Origin: Candidatus Uhrbacteria bacterium
Lineage (GTDB): Bacteria > Patescibacteriota > Patescibacteriia > GWA2-47-26
NCBI GenBank assembly: GCA_016187515.1
Contig: JACPJN010000007.1
Location: 140,336 to 204,335, forward strand
Direction of reading: 5' to 3'
DNA: 64,000 bases
Each line of letters begins with the position of its first letter. Position 1 is the first letter of the stretch. The notes beneath the pieces are model-generated. The model ran no database searches and was not told the DNA's origin. It worked only from the letters and a program-made list of their open reading frames with translations. Positions 26,691-37,611 of the stretch are shown piece after piece. The translations under genes were made by a program, and so were the position numbers.

Positions 26691-27769
26691 ACAACCTCTT
26701 GCATGGCTACAAACAGCCGGTCAATATCAGTTTTCTCAATCTCTCCCATATTGGCAATCCGAAACATCACTTTGCCCGCCTCTCCTTGCCCGGCATAGAT
26801 TATAAATCCGGCGGCCTTTAAATGATCATGCAAAGTTTGGTAGGACATACCGTGGGGCAGACGAAACGCAGTAAGCGTGGATGCCAGCATTCCTTCTTCC
26901 AGATACATTTTTATCCCCAGCTCCTGCGCGCGGGTTCGGATATATTGGGCGAGCTGACGGTATTTTTCATGGCGCGCCCTCCAGCCGCCTTGTTCCTGAA
27001 ATTCCCGTAACGCTTCATCCAGCGCATAGAGCACTTGAACCGTCTGAGTAAATGGCGTTCCGCCGCGTTCCTGCTCGCGATAATATCCTCGCAGATCAAG
27101 GTATACTGAACGCGGCTGAAAATCAATCTGCTCCAGTAATTCTCGCCGAACGACTACAAAAGATATTCCCGGGATGCCATGCAGACATTTATTGGCTGTC
27201 GCGCAAACCGCGCCGATATTCCATTCGTCAAAATTCAGCTCTTCTCCGCCAAAGGAGCTCACTCCGTCGATCAATAACACTTTCCCATAAGTCCGCGCAA
27301 GCTCGGAGATCATGCCAAGATCATTTAGCCGTCCGGTGGTGGTTTCATGATGGATAGCCGCAATATGGCTAATTGCCGGATCGCTTTTTAAGGCCTCCTC
27401 AATTCTATACCGATCCAGCTCTTGTCCCCACTCATGCTCAACCATCGTAAAAGCAATTCCATGGGCCTTGGCTATTGCCGCGATACGCTCACCATAGACC
27501 CCATTTTTAAGCATCAGCAGTTTTCCGTTTGGCGGAACAATACTTGTCACCATCGCCTCCACCGCGGCAGTGCCCGATCCGGTTAAAATAACGCTCGTGT
27601 AACGCGCTTTGGGTAATCCATACACCGCAAGCAGGCCTTGTCGCACCGCTTCTTGCAAAACCGAAAATTCATTCTCGCGATGGCACATATCGGACTGCAT
27701 AAGCGCGCGGCGCACACGCTCGCTAACATTGACCGGCCCGGGATTAAGCAGAATCATTTTTTTGTCCAT
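26687..27769 (-). CDS. aepZ: 2-aminoethylphosphonate aminotransferase
   Basis: LLNPGPVN, GSGTAAVE, HHETTTG, DGVSSFG, TANKCLHG and TPFT. Confidence 0.92.
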   Translation of the reverse strand: MDKKMILLNPGPVNVSERVRRALMQSDMCHRENEFSVLQEAVRQGLLAVYGLPKARYTSVILTGSGTAAVEAMVTSIVPPNGKLLMLKNGVYGERIAAIAKAHGIAFTMVEHEWGQELDRYRIEEALKSDPAISHIAAIHHETTTGRLNDLGMISELARTYGKVLLIDGVSSFGGEELNFDEWNIGAVCATANKCLHGIPGISFVVVRRELLEQIDFQPRSVYLDLRGYYREQERGGTPFTQTVQVLYALDEALREFQEQGGWRARHEKYRQLAQYIRTRAQELGIKMYLEEGMLASTLTAFRLPHGMSYQTLHDHLKAAGFIIYAGQGEAGKVMFRIANMGEIEKTDIDRLFVAMQEVV

Positions 27770-27770
27770 A

Positions 27771-28901
27771 TCACTTACCGTTTAAAAATTGCATAAAGGC
27801 CGCTTTATTTTGCTGCGGCGTAGTGGTTGGTCGCCCGAGATTTGCGCGCGCGCCCTTGCGTACGCGCACCTCTAAAAGACATGGCCCTTTTTGCAAACGT
27901 AATTCGTTAAGTGCGCCGACCAGTTGCGCGGCGGTCTCTACACACCAAGCTTTTTTATAAGCGCACGCCAAGGCAACTTTGGCTATATCAACTTTAAAAC
28001 CCGCGGTGGGCTGACCCCCTACTGAATCGTGGGCGCCGTTGTTAATCACAATGTGCTTCAAATTCTCCCGCGCTTGCGCGCCAATTACTGCCAGCGCCCC
28101 CATATGCATAATCAACGCTCCATCACCGTCAACACAATATACCTGGCGATCCGGTTTAGCAAGCGCGATCGCAAGCGCGATCGAGGAAGAATGGCCCATC
28201 GATCCAACCGTTAAAAAATCGCGATGATGACCTTGTCCTTTGGCTTCTCGATATTCGTAAAGCTCACGGGACGCCATTCCGGTGGTTGAGACTATTACAT
28301 CGTTTTCTCCCAAGGAATCTACAATGCGCTTAAGCGCATCTTCGCGAGTCATCTCCAAATGAGTTTCAACCGGCGCGCCTATCGGATACGCTTCAAAAAC
28401 GCCTTTTCGTACGATAAGCGCGTATGGCTGACTCTCGGATTGCATTATTTTAAAAGCACGCGCCAGCGCGGCATTGGCACCCTCCGGATCCGATGGAAGA
28501 ATCTCAAATGGAATACCAAGCGTTTCAAAAAGTGTAGTGGTAACCTCCCCTTGCTTAAGATGCTGGGGCTCATCATGGACGCCCGGCTCACCGCGCCAAC
28601 CAATCAAAAGTAGCATGGGGATCCCGTATACTTTTGGATCGGTAAGCGAAGTTAAGGGGTTCACAATATTGCCTTGACCGGCATTTTGGAGATAAACCAG
28701 GGCCGGATTGCCGGTTGCCAAATAATGCCCGGCGGCAAGCCCAACGGCGTTACCCTCATTGGCCGCGATAATATGGTTCTCTTGCGAAACCTCCGCGCTC
28801 ACGCACGCGCAGAACTCTTTCAGCAGGGAATCCGGCACGCCGGTAAAAAAATTTATACCCTGCGCCCGTAACCTGACGACAAAATCTTTCGGGGATATCA
28901 T
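27771..28901 (-). CDS. aepY: Phosphonopyruvate decarboxylase
   Basis: [36 protein letters not shown] and DGDG TPP motif. Confidence 0.96.
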   Translation of the reverse strand: MISPKDFVVRLRAQGINFFTGVPDSLLKEFCACVSAEVSQENHIIAANEGNAVGLAAGHYLATGNPALVYLQNAGQGNIVNPLTSLTDPKVYGIPMLLLIGWRGEPGVHDEPQHLKQGEVTTTLFETLGIPFEILPSDPEGANAALARAFKIMQSESQPYALIVRKGVFEAYPIGAPVETHLEMTREDALKRIVDSLGENDVIVSTTGMASRELYEYREAKGQGHHRDFLTVGSMGHSSSIALAIALAKPDRQVYCVDGDGALIMHMGALAVIGAQARENLKHIVINNGAHDSVGGQPTAGFKVDIAKVALACAYKKAWCVETAAQLVGALNELRLQKGPCLLEVRVRKGARANLGRPTTTPQQNKAAFMQFLNGK

Positions 28902-30550
28902 AATTGCCTTTGATAAGTAAGCCCTTGGGTAAAAGTCGAAGCGCGTTCAACATCCGGTAAATTATTTACGTCCAGCCAGTCACCGCTTATATACATCACT
29001 CGCGGCGGATGTTCGAAAGTCACAAGATCATCTAAAAGATCCGTCACGCTAAAATTCGGAAAATCTGAACGACTTTGCAGGCGCGTCAGGGACTCTTTTA
29101 GCAAGCCCAGCCCTGGTCCGCGCACCAGCAGGGCGCCGATCCATTGTCCATGGGCCTGCCGGAAGGACTCGCCCGCCGCGCTGTTCAGGCATTTCACAAG
29201 GCGCGCGTCTGGACTAAACACGCTGCGCTCGTCCGGAACATTGCAGACCACATAATCACCTTTGACCTTGTCCGTAATCTTCTGACGCACATTCGAATCT
29301 ACCACAATCGTTATTGGAGCATCCGATTCAATAAGATCGCGTACAATATACCGCCGTAACAGTAAATCTCCATACAAAATCAGCGTATTGTCTTTAACTT
29401 TGGGAAGCGCGCAAGCCAAGGTAGCCAGATCTTTGGAATGCTCAAAATCAGGATTATGCAGGAGTGTGATTCCGTCAATGGTAATTGTTTCTGGTTTGTA
29501 TCCGGCCACAACCGCGATATCACGGATACCGTGGCTTCGCAAATCTTCCACCAACCGCGCCAGTATTGGTTTACCGCCAATCGGCAACATGGCCTTGGGG
29601 CGCGCTTGGGTAAGTTCCCCTAATTCACTGCCCCGCGAGGCCGCTAAAATGACAGCGTTGGGCTGCTTTGTAAAAGAGGGTTGGAGATATTTTTCTTCCG
29701 CTGCTATAAGTTCTTCGGACTTTTGTAAACGAAATATCTCTTTGACTGGAACAATGTGATCTTCTACATTCGTGAGTGACTCTTCTTTGTAAACCTTAGC
29801 CGCGGTTTGCTGCATCGCGGAGATTGCGGCGCGCAACAAATGATTGGCCCAAATGACCACGCTAATTTTATGGGCGCGAAACTGCTGGGTCGGCGTGCTA
29901 TAATACATGGTTGGCACAATTATGAGCGGCGCGCGGCCGTCCCAGGTGCGGGCAAATTCAAAAATTTCTCCAGCGTCTTTTTTCTTACTATGCATCAAAA
30001 TGGCATCCGCCCCGGCGGCGCGATAGGCCTCTGCCCGTCGCATCGCCTCCGCCAGCCCCCAGCCTGCAATCAGCGCCTCGACCCGCGCGACTAAACAGAA
30101 ATTCGGATCTTGCTGGGTATCTTTGGCCGCTTTAATTTTCCCGCAAAATTCGGCAATCTCTGCCAGCGGTTGGGCTTCCCCGTTAATAAAGCTGTTGGTC
30201 TTTGGAAATAATTTATCCTCAATGCACAACCCCGCAACTCCGCGCTGTTCCAACTTTTTTACCAGACGGCGCACACTATTAAAATCACCGTAACCAGTAT
30301 CCCCGTCAACCAGGATGGGAATACTGGTCGCGTCGCTCATGAATTCCAGCGTCTCAAGAACCTGCGTCCAAGACGCCTCATTATTGTCGCGCACTCCAAG
30401 AGCCGCCGACATCGTCAGCCCGCTGGCCCAGATTCCTGGAAATCCGGCTTCCTCCACAATCTTGGCGGACAAACCATTATGCGCTTCCATTAGAAAATTA
30501 AGACCATTGCCGGTCAAGAGATCTCGCAGTTGTGCCGCCCTGCTTTTCAT
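28898..30550 (-). CDS. pepM: Phosphoenolpyruvate mutase fused to a C-terminal nucleotidyltransferase
   Basis: EAHNGLSA and diagnostic [10 protein letters not shown]; C-domain ILAASRG..PKAML..YGD. Confidence 0.97.
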   Translation of the reverse strand: MKSRAAQLRDLLTGNGLNFLMEAHNGLSAKIVEEAGFPGIWASGLTMSAALGVRDNNEASWTQVLETLEFMSDATSIPILVDGDTGYGDFNSVRRLVKKLEQRGVAGLCIEDKLFPKTNSFINGEAQPLAEIAEFCGKIKAAKDTQQDPNFCLVARVEALIAGWGLAEAMRRAEAYRAAGADAILMHSKKKDAGEIFEFARTWDGRAPLIIVPTMYYSTPTQQFRAHKISVVIWANHLLRAAISAMQQTAAKVYKEESLTNVEDHIVPVKEIFRLQKSEELIAAEEKYLQPSFTKQPNAVILAASRGSELGELTQARPKAMLPIGGKPILARLVEDLRSHGIRDIAVVAGYKPETITIDGITLLHNPDFEHSKDLATLACALPKVKDNTLILYGDLLLRRYIVRDLIESDAPITIVVDSNVRQKITDKVKGDYVVCNVPDERSVFSPDARLVKCLNSAAGESFRQAHGQWIGALLVRGPGLGLLKESLTRLQSRSDFPNFSVTDLLDDLVTFEHPPRVMYISGDWLDVNNLPDVERASTFTQGLTYQRQL

Positions 30551-30558
30551 AAAAAATT

Positions 30559-31743
30559 CTACAAGCCATCTTCCCGATACGATCGTTCAATCCAAAGATG
30601 GTGGTCCTCCGGCTTATGCATGCGGAAGGCGTCATTGTCCAGCCGCCAAAGCAGATCGTCAGCAATGCGCTTGGACGCCAGCCCATCACCTAAGCCATGG
30701 TTCCACTTTTTTCCGTACAGTCCTTCAAATTTTTGAAACACTGTCTCGGCCGGATATTTTCCCGGCTCCGCCGGGTCAAACTTAACTGATGATCCAACAT
30801 CATATACCTGCGGTCGTTCAGTGGACTTGCGCATCTGAAGCGATGGTACTTGCAAGACGCAGGTTTCTTCAACAATCGTACCTGAATCGGTAATTACTCC
30901 GCGACTGTTTACCATCAATGCCACAATTTCCATATAGCCAATCGGATCTACCATAATCACATTGCGAGGAAGCGCCAGTCCATACTCTTTAAGCACTTTT
31001 TGCGTGCGATAGCTCAAGGGCAGATAAATCTTGCGCTTGGTACTGCCAATCAACTTCAAAATTGCCTCAAACGAGGAGCGGATATGCACATTTTCACGGC
31101 GATGCCAAGTCATTAAATAATATTCGCCTTTTTCCAAACCGCGCGATTGGAAAAATTCCGGCGTGGCCAGCGCGTCAAACTTGGCTTTTTGCTTGAAATA
31201 ATAAGTATCCAGAATCTCCACAATCGGATTACCGTAGGTAATCACAATATTTTTTGGATTGAGCCCGGCAAGCATGCCTTGATATTTGTATTCCGGAAAA
31301 TAGGTGTAAATCACATCCGAAAGCTGATCAATAAGATTGCGGTACTTCGTTTCCGGCATGCGCCAGTCGTACGCGCTCCAACATCCTTCAAAATGCACAA
31401 TCGGGATATTTAACTGCGCCGCGGCAATCGACCCTACTACGGTATTGGTATCGCCTAAAAACATTACGGCCTCGGGCTGCAATTTTTCAAGCACCGGATA
31501 GAGTTTTCTTAACACATCCGAAGCGACCTCGGCATCATTGTCGCCGGTTGCTCCCAGTTCAATGGAGGGGCGCGGTACGTCCAATTCTTGAAAAAAAACT
31601 TCCTTCAGATTATCCGAGTAATGCTGGCCAGACCAAATAAAAACAATCTCATGCTTGTCCTGCGCAAACAGTTGTTTTAGTACGAGAGAAGCCCGGATAA
31701 TATCCGGACGAATACCGAGAATGATGGCGAGTTTCTTCTTCAT
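30559..31743 (-). CDS. UDP-N-acetylhexosamine 2-epimerase (non-hydrolysing, WecB/FnlC-like)
   Basis: [28 protein letters not shown] and TERP. Confidence 0.9.
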   Translation of the reverse strand: MKKKLAIILGIRPDIIRASLVLKQLFAQDKHEIVFIWSGQHYSDNLKEVFFQELDVPRPSIELGATGDNDAEVASDVLRKLYPVLEKLQPEAVMFLGDTNTVVGSIAAAQLNIPIVHFEGCWSAYDWRMPETKYRNLIDQLSDVIYTYFPEYKYQGMLAGLNPKNIVITYGNPIVEILDTYYFKQKAKFDALATPEFFQSRGLEKGEYYLMTWHRRENVHIRSSFEAILKLIGSTKRKIYLPLSYRTQKVLKEYGLALPRNVIMVDPIGYMEIVALMVNSRGVITDSGTIVEETCVLQVPSLQMRKSTERPQVYDVGSSVKFDPAEPGKYPAETVFQKFEGLYGKKWNHGLGDGLASKRIADDLLWRLDNDAFRMHKPEDHHLWIERSYREDGL

Positions 31744-31750
31744 ATTTGTG

Positions 31751-31865
31751 TACGAATTACGAATCTTGTACGAATACTACGAATCCGCACCCCCTCTAAC
31801 TCCCCCTCCGGGAGGGGGAGAAATCGATTTTCCTCCCCTGCCCGAGGGGAGGTTAGGAGGGGTGG
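31751..31865. repeat. TACGAAT tandem plus complete inverted pair of CCCCTC/GAGGGG hairpins
   Basis: TACGAAT x4 at 31751-31785; CACCCCCTCTAACTCCCCCTCCGGGAGGGGGAG-AAATCGATTT-TCCTCCCCT...AGGGGAGGTTAGGAGGGGTG. Confidence 0.85.
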
Positions 31866-32665
31866 GAGAACTTTTTTAATTCCTCCACCGCTTCCTCCAT
31901 CGTCCTTCCATACGGAAACAACTTCTTCAACCCTTCATACTTCGTCGTAAGCACTCTCTCTACCGAACCACGATGATCTTCCATCCGTTCCACATTTACA
32001 TTTTTTTCAAACACCTTTTTAAACAGGCACAGTAAATCATATTTCGTAATCGGTTCATTAGGCGTGAAATGAAAAACTGACGCCTCAGCGCGCAAGTCCT
32101 CAAACCGGTCTTCGCGGATTATCTTCTCACAAAGCTGGGCAAATTGCAAGGTGGTTACGCCATTCCAGATATGGTTGGTAAAACCCTGCACAGTGGCACC
32201 CTCCGGCTGGGACAAAAACCACTCCAGAAGCCCTTTTTTCTTATTTGGACTGGGGCCAATGATGGAGGTGCGAATATTGATTACATTGGGCGCTTCAACC
32301 TCTCCCTTAATCTTACTTTTTCCGTACGCATCTTCAGCATCACACGGCGAATCTTCATCATATGGACCACTCTTGCCGGAAAACACTCCGTCGGTAGACA
32401 TGTGAATGATCCTTGCGCTAGTTGCCTTTGCTAGCCAATGTGGAAACTCTGCGTTCACTTTTTTCATCTTTTCTTCTTCACCGCCAGCCAATACGCCAAT
32501 GCAGTTGATCACATAATCGTAGTCATGCGTATCCGGGACATCATTTGCGGCATCAAAATCACTCGCATTCATTCCCTTCACCTTCCATGCTTTTTCCTGC
32601 GCCAACACCTTAAGCACCATGTGCCCGAGCATTCCGGTACTGCCGAGGACAAGAATTTTTTTCAT
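31853..32665 (-). CDS. RmlD-like NDP-4-keto-sugar reductase
   Basis: VLGSTGMLG, STDGVFSG, YGKSK and RTSIIG. Confidence 0.88.
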   Translation of the reverse strand: MKKILVLGSTGMLGHMVLKVLAQEKAWKVKGMNASDFDAANDVPDTHDYDYVINCIGVLAGGEEEKMKKVNAEFPHWLAKATSARIIHMSTDGVFSGKSGPYDEDSPCDAEDAYGKSKIKGEVEAPNVINIRTSIIGPSPNKKKGLLEWFLSQPEGATVQGFTNHIWNGVTTLQFAQLCEKIIREDRFEDLRAEASVFHFTPNEPITKYDLLCLFKKVFEKNVNVERMEDHRGSVERVLTTKYEGLKKLFPYGRTMEEAVEELKKFSHPS

Positions 32666-32698
32666 AACTCCCCTAACCCCTCTTATCTTAAGAGGGGA
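32663..32698. repeat. CCCCTC/GAGGGG element containing the RBS and ATG of the reductase gene
   Basis: CATAACTCCCCTAA-CCCCTCTTA-TCT-TAAGAGGGG. Confidence 0.75.
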
Positions 32699-32702
32699 AA
32701 AA

Positions 32703-33968
32703 TTATTCAGGTACAATTTTTACGTTCGGCAGCGGCACAATAAACTTTCCCCCGCGCGCCACATAATCCTGCCGCTTGTTTAATACCTCTTTCATAAAAC
32801 TCCACGCAAAAAGCAAGGCGTAGTCCGGAAATTTTCCCTGCTCGACATGCTCCCATGGAAAAATTTGAACATGGGTCCCTGGGGTATAAAATCCATGCTT
32901 AGCCGGCGCGTCGTCAACGACATAATCCAAATGCCGTCCATCAATCCCGCAATAATTCATCACCATGGTTCCACGGCCGGAAGCGCCATAGCCGATAATC
33001 ATTTTCCCCTCCGCTTTCAGCTTCTCGAGAAGATCCATCAGCGCGACCTTCGTGCTCTCAATCTTTTTTCCATACGCCATAAATGTTTCGGCCCGGTCGT
33101 AACCCTTCGCCAGCTCATCCCGTTCCATCGTCCGAACCGCTTCGGTTATCGCGCGACCGCCGCCTTTTTTTTGTCCGTAAAATCTTACCGCTCCGGAACG
33201 CACGCCCGGGGTGAATTTAATGTCAAAAATTTCCATCCCATGCCGGCCAAGAAAATTTTGCAACGACTTCAGCGAATAATAGTTACAGTGTTCATGGTAA
33301 ATCATGTCATATTGCATCTCCTCCATCAGCGTACCCAGATAATATACCTCAATCATCGCGACCCCATCATCTTTGAGAAGCTCGGCCACGCCCCTACCTA
33401 CGCTAACCATGTCATCAATATGCGCGAACGAAAAACTGGTGGTAATGGCATCGAATTGTCCGTACTGCGCGCGGATCCGCTTCGCCACTTCTTCATTAAA
33501 AAAATCATTGATAATCGTAAATCCTTCCTGCTTGACGGAGTTGACTACATTGGTGGCCGGATCAACTCCGACGGCTTTGACGCCCAGCGCCGCAAACGGT
33601 TTAAGCATTACGCCGTCATTGCAGCCGATTTCAAACACCGAGGGATTGGGGCGATTTTTTAGAAATCGCTCATGCGCTTCGCTCGCCCACTGCGCGCAAT
33701 GATCAACCAGGGTCTTGATTGCCGAGGAAAAATAAAAATAATCTTTAAACAGCGTTTCCGGGGGAATGGCTTGCGGAACCTGTACTAAGGTGCAGTCGCG
33801 GCAGAAAGACACATGCAACGGATAAAGTTTTTCATCCGCAAACTGATCTGGCTTCAAAAATCCGCCCGCCAGCGGCATATTCCCAAAATCAATAACTTTT
33901 ACCAAATTTGACCCTTTGCAACAGCGACAGGTAGTGTGATCAGTATAAGCTCCGATTTGTGGATTCAT
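32703..33968 (-). CDS. NDP-hexose C-methyltransferase (Zn-binding)
   Basis: CRCC..CRDC Zn site, EIGCNDG, YDMIYHEH, GYGASGRG and GGKFIVPLP. Confidence 0.92.
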   Translation of the reverse strand: MNPQIGAYTDHTTCRCCKGSNLVKVIDFGNMPLAGGFLKPDQFADEKLYPLHVSFCRDCTLVQVPQAIPPETLFKDYFYFSSAIKTLVDHCAQWASEAHERFLKNRPNPSVFEIGCNDGVMLKPFAALGVKAVGVDPATNVVNSVKQEGFTIINDFFNEEVAKRIRAQYGQFDAITTSFSFAHIDDMVSVGRGVAELLKDDGVAMIEVYYLGTLMEEMQYDMIYHEHCNYYSLKSLQNFLGRHGMEIFDIKFTPGVRSGAVRFYGQKKGGGRAITEAVRTMERDELAKGYDRAETFMAYGKKIESTKVALMDLLEKLKAEGKMIIGYGASGRGTMVMNYCGIDGRHLDYVVDDAPAKHGFYTPGTHVQIFPWEHVEQGKFPDYALLFAWSFMKEVLNKRQDYVARGGKFIVPLPNVKIVPE

Positions 33969-33995
33969 AAAAAATTCTATAACAATTAACGGGGT

Positions 33996-34733
33996 TTATT
34001 TAAAGAAATTTATAAATTTTACAATTACCCATACCACCGGACGCGGAATAAATTTTATAACAATATTGTACATTCGCGCCCGGGGAAGATACTGTTTGGG
34101 ATGCACTAGGGATAGCACCGCTGACTCGGCTTGTTCAAATTCTTTTTTTAGCTTGTCATTTGTTTTTAGATAATCTTTTTTAGCAAACAGCAAGATATTT
34201 TGGGCATACCAAAAACTTACCTCCTCATTATTCCAAATTTTTTTTCTAATACAATCAATGGGGGCATAATCTTTTTGGGCAAAAAGTTTAGCCCAGTATT
34301 CCGGCCATTGCTCATTGATATGATGAATTCCTCCTTGAAATGGAATTGCCGCGGAGAACACAACGATTGGGGAAAGATCCGTAAGGGTTTGTACAAATGT
34401 TGACGCGGAGTCCTGAGACAAGTGCTCCGCAACCTCCAAAGCAATTGCCAGATCAAATTTTTTATCAATGCTAACCGGTTTTTCCAAATCGGCATGCTGG
34501 AAAAATTCTTTTGGAATACGCAGTTTGTCTTTATCTATCCATGGGCCATCTATGCCGAAAATGTTTTTTATGCCTTGCTCTTGAAAAACAGATAAAAACT
34601 CTCCGGTTCCGCATCCAACATCAACTACGCTCTGGGGCTGAATCAAATCTACTATAATTGGCACAATTACCTTTGCCGATTTCAGCGAATCTAATCTCTC
34701 GCCAAAGGAATTTCTATGATATTTTTTGTTCAT
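33996..34733 (-). CDS. Class I SAM-dependent methyltransferase
   Basis: VDVGCGTG, LEVAEHL and FSAAIPFQGGIHHINEQ. Confidence 0.9.
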   Translation of the reverse strand: MNKKYHRNSFGERLDSLKSAKVIVPIIVDLIQPQSVVDVGCGTGEFLSVFQEQGIKNIFGIDGPWIDKDKLRIPKEFFQHADLEKPVSIDKKFDLAIALEVAEHLSQDSASTFVQTLTDLSPIVVFSAAIPFQGGIHHINEQWPEYWAKLFAQKDYAPIDCIRKKIWNNEEVSFWYAQNILLFAKKDYLKTNDKLKKEFEQAESAVLSLVHPKQYLPRARMYNIVIKFIPRPVVWVIVKFINFFK

Positions 34734-34756
34734 ACTAAAATAGGGTTGATCCAAGA

Positions 34757-35989
34757 TTAACTATTATACACATCTGTAAATAATTGTACAAGGGTAACGG
34801 CGGTGTCCTCCAGCTTATACTTTTTTACCTGTTCTTTACCGCGGACAATCAATTGCGCGCGCGCTGGAGCATCCGCAAGGACACGCGCAATGCATGTTGC
34901 CATATCCTCCGGATCAAACGGATTAAAGTATACTGCGGCATCGCCGCAAATTTCCCGAAAAGGATTAAAACACTTTCCGCGATACGCGGGATCAAGATCG
35001 CAATCAGCGGCGGCAATAGACACACCGGCCGCCATTGCCTCCAGAAGCGGTATGCCAAAGGTTTCCTCCAGTGAGGGGAAGACAAATGCATCAGCGTGGT
35101 TGAAATAGGTACCGACATCGCGATGCGGCACCTCATCCTTGAATACCACTTTTGAACCGAGTCCAAGCTCGTGAACAAGCGCATCAAGCGCTCCCCGCCA
35201 TGTGTGAGATCCTGTGTTGCCCACCACCATCAAATCGCCGCCATACCCATATCGCGTTACGAGGATGGAAAACGCCTTGAGCAATCGTACAGTATTACGA
35301 TGCGGGCCATTGGCGCCGATCGTGAGGATGTAGGGATTCCCCCTCCTGCCCGAGAATTTCCCCCCCTGCCCGAGGGGGGGCTCGGGGGGGTGGGAGGGGG
35401 TGATGGAAACCATTCCCACAAGACCCCTCCTAACCTCCCCTTCAAAAGGGGAGGAAATATTCGCAACCCCGTGCGGAATCACCTCGCACTTTTTAGAATC
35501 CACTCCGAGTCGCGGCACAATCAAATCGCGAGAATTTCGAGACACAAATCGAATTTTTGTTGCTCGCCGCGCCGACAACCATCCTAAAGACCGCAACAGC
35601 CCTAACCGCACTTGTTCCTTGCGCGACCACGGAAGTTTAAGCCGCGAATATGGATTGGCGTTCTCCATTAAAAGCGCGACTTTACACGGGGCCAAGATGC
35701 AAGTAGTGTTTCCAACTGAATAAAGCACATCTACTTTATGCCACGCTAAATAAACAGGAAATATCAATTGCTCCCACAACACACGCGCAAACGGATTGCG
35801 CGGAACATACGCAATTTCCACTTTTTCAAACTGTCCCGGAATCACGAGAGCAAACGCGCGCTGGCGCGCGGAATAAAAGACGATATATGAATTTTTCTGA
35901 TCCGTCCGGGCAAGTTCCGGTAAAAGTTTTTGCATCTGGCTTATACCGGCGCCGGTTTGCGCGCTCAAGGCATTGATGCCAATTTTCAT
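34757..35989 (-). CDS. GT4 glycosyltransferase
   Basis: FVFPSLEETFGIPLLEAMAAG; ~40 aa repeat-derived insert after IPHGV. Confidence 0.92.
   Translation of the reverse strand: MKIGINALSAQTGAGISQMQKLLPELARTDQKNSYIVFYSARQRAFALVIPGQFEKVEIAYVPRNPFARVLWEQLIFPVYLAWHKVDVLYSVGNTTCILAPCKVALLMENANPYSRLKLPWSRKEQVRLGLLRSLGWLSARRATKIRFVSRNSRDLIVPRLGVDSKKCEVIPHGVANISSPFEGEVRRGLVGMVSITPSHPPEPPLGQGGKFSGRRGNPYILTIGANGPHRNTVRLLKAFSILVTRYGYGGDLMVVGNTGSHTWRGALDALVHELGLGSKVVFKDEVPHRDVGTYFNHADAFVFPSLEETFGIPLLEAMAAGVSIAAADCDLDPAYRGKCFNPFREICGDAAVYFNPFDPEDMATCIARVLADAPARAQLIVRGKEQVKKYKLEDTAVTLVQLFTDVYNS
35337..35455. repeat. Nested CCCCTC/GAGGGG element, in frame in GT4
   Basis: Multiple C/G-run hairpins; encodes SSPFEGEVRRGLVGMVSITPSHPPEPPLGQGGKFSGRRGN. 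Confidence 0.85.
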
Positions 35990-37605
35990 AGTCCGTCAGC
36001 TATTCGCTCGTAGAGGAAAAATGCGCCGTCTGAATGCAGCAGTTGCCATTGTTTAGGGCTATTCATAACTTTCGGTATTTCCGGAACAACCTTAAAGACC
36101 ACCGGACTTTCTGGCGGTAAACCATTATGCGTAATATCCAGCAACACATATTCAGCGCGCACTAACCCATCCTCGGATTGCAGCCGCGGAAATACCATAG
36201 CGCCTTTTTTCTTAAACAGCCGAGGCACGAGAAATTCATTCGCCGACACTACCGCATCATCGGGAATCATTCGTACGAATCGCTCCGCATTGCGCTGGTG
36301 GTTATTCACTAGATACACTGACCAGTGGAAATCTTGGGTTCGAAATGGCGCCGGGCGCAAATCCTTAAACCAGAATTGCAGAGAGATCGGCGACGGCCCA
36401 AACCAGATGTTTGAGAGTAAGACACCGGCAAGGACCGCGCACATGAATGGTGTCTGTGTTTGTACCCTCACCCCAACCCTCTCCCAAAGGGAGAGGGAGA
36501 TCAAACGAGGCCAGGCTTTAATAAACGCATAAAAAATAAAAGGAATAGCCGGCGAAATATAATATAACATATATGAGTTATGCAGCGGAGAAACGCTGAT
36601 AAGCCCAATGCCAATCGCGGCCAGCGTCCCTAAAAGCGCGCCAGACGCCAAAAATGGGATCAGCAGAAGCGGTACAAACAACATGAGCACATTGGCAAAC
36701 TTTTGTACGGACAGTATGGTTGTCAGGGCGCGAGCCGGATGGGTAAGAATATTTATGGAAATCTCCGATAAGCTACTGCCCCACTGATTGAGGGATCCCG
36801 CCGCCACCTGATGCGCAAACGAATCCAAAGTATTAAACGCTGGCATAACTGCGCTGACGATAATAAAAAACATGGCCAGACCAAAAATCGCGGTAATAAT
36901 CCCGAGGCGCTTTTGTTTCCTAAATAACCAAGCATACAGACCGAACATCAAGATGGTCAGGCCAACCTCCTCGCGCGCCAGTGCGGCGGCCAACACCAAG
37001 ACCGCATAAAGCACGGTGCGCCTGGTCTCAAAAAGATAAAGCATCCAGAACAGTATTGGAATACTGAAACGCAGCATTTCAAATTCATAAAGCGTAATGT
37101 ACTGAAAGCTGGGATACCAGAGAAATGCAACTGCAACGACACGCGCAAACAAACGGTCTTTGGAAAAGTGCAGCGCGAGTTTGTAGAGCGGTATGATCGC
37201 GGAAAACATCAAAAGAAAGTTTAATACAAAAATAGTTTCCGCGCGGGGTAACAGTTTAAATGGCAGAGCGAAAAAATAAATGAAGGGCACAAAATGCGCG
37301 GCAAAATAATTGCCGAAATCAGGATCAGAAAACGCCGAATTGGGGCTTAGCGGTATTCCGGCAATTCCGAGGTTATACAGCACCTGCAGCCAATGTGAAA
37401 CATCCGCGTACATGTGCAACGAAGAATACTTTAAAATCTCCGCGGCCGGGATATATAAAACCAAACCGAAAAGTATCGCCAGCGCGATATAAAACCAACG
37501 GTTTATTAGCGCACTGAAGCGTGCGGATAAAAAATAAACCAGCGCACTCCCGCCAAATATCACTGCGACTCCGACAATGTAGAACGTCATCAATCGTGAG
37601 TCCAT
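35986..37605 (-). CDS. DUF2079-like membrane protein (predicted GT-C)
   Basis: YAD..WLQ, FAAHFVP and LAREE motifs, many TM segments. Confidence 0.8.
   Translation of the reverse strand: MDSRLMTFYIVGVAVIFGGSALVYFLSARFSALINRWFYIALAILFGLVLYIPAAEILKYSSLHMYADVSHWLQVLYNLGIAGIPLSPNSAFSDPDFGNYFAAHFVPFIYFFALPFKLLPRAETIFVLNFLLMFSAIIPLYKLALHFSKDRLFARVVAVAFLWYPSFQYITLYEFEMLRFSIPILFWMLYLFETRRTVLYAVLVLAAALAREEVGLTILMFGLYAWLFRKQKRLGIITAIFGLAMFFIIVSAVMPAFNTLDSFAHQVAAGSLNQWGSSLSEISINILTHPARALTTILSVQKFANVLMLFVPLLLIPFLASGALLGTLAAIGIGLISVSPLHNSYMLYYISPAIPFIFYAFIKAWPRLISLSLWERVGVRVQTQTPFMCAVLAGVLLSNIWFGPSPISLQFWFKDLRPAPFRTQDFHWSVYLVNNHQRNAERFVRMIPDDAVVSANEFLVPRLFKKKGAMVFPRLQSEDGLVRAEYVLLDITHNGLPPESPVVFKVVPEIPKVMNSPKQWQLLHSDGAFFLYERIADGL
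36465..36499. repeat. CCCTC/GAGGG element, in frame in DUF2079 gene
   Basis: CCCTCACCCCAA-CCCTCTCCC-AAA-GGGAGAGGG; encodes SLSLWERVGVR. Confidence 0.85.
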
Positions 37606-37611
37606 AGGAAA

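Noticed and set aside
32847-33662. 271 aa + strand ORF
   Set aside because: Antisense to the well-supported C-methyltransferase; no motifs.
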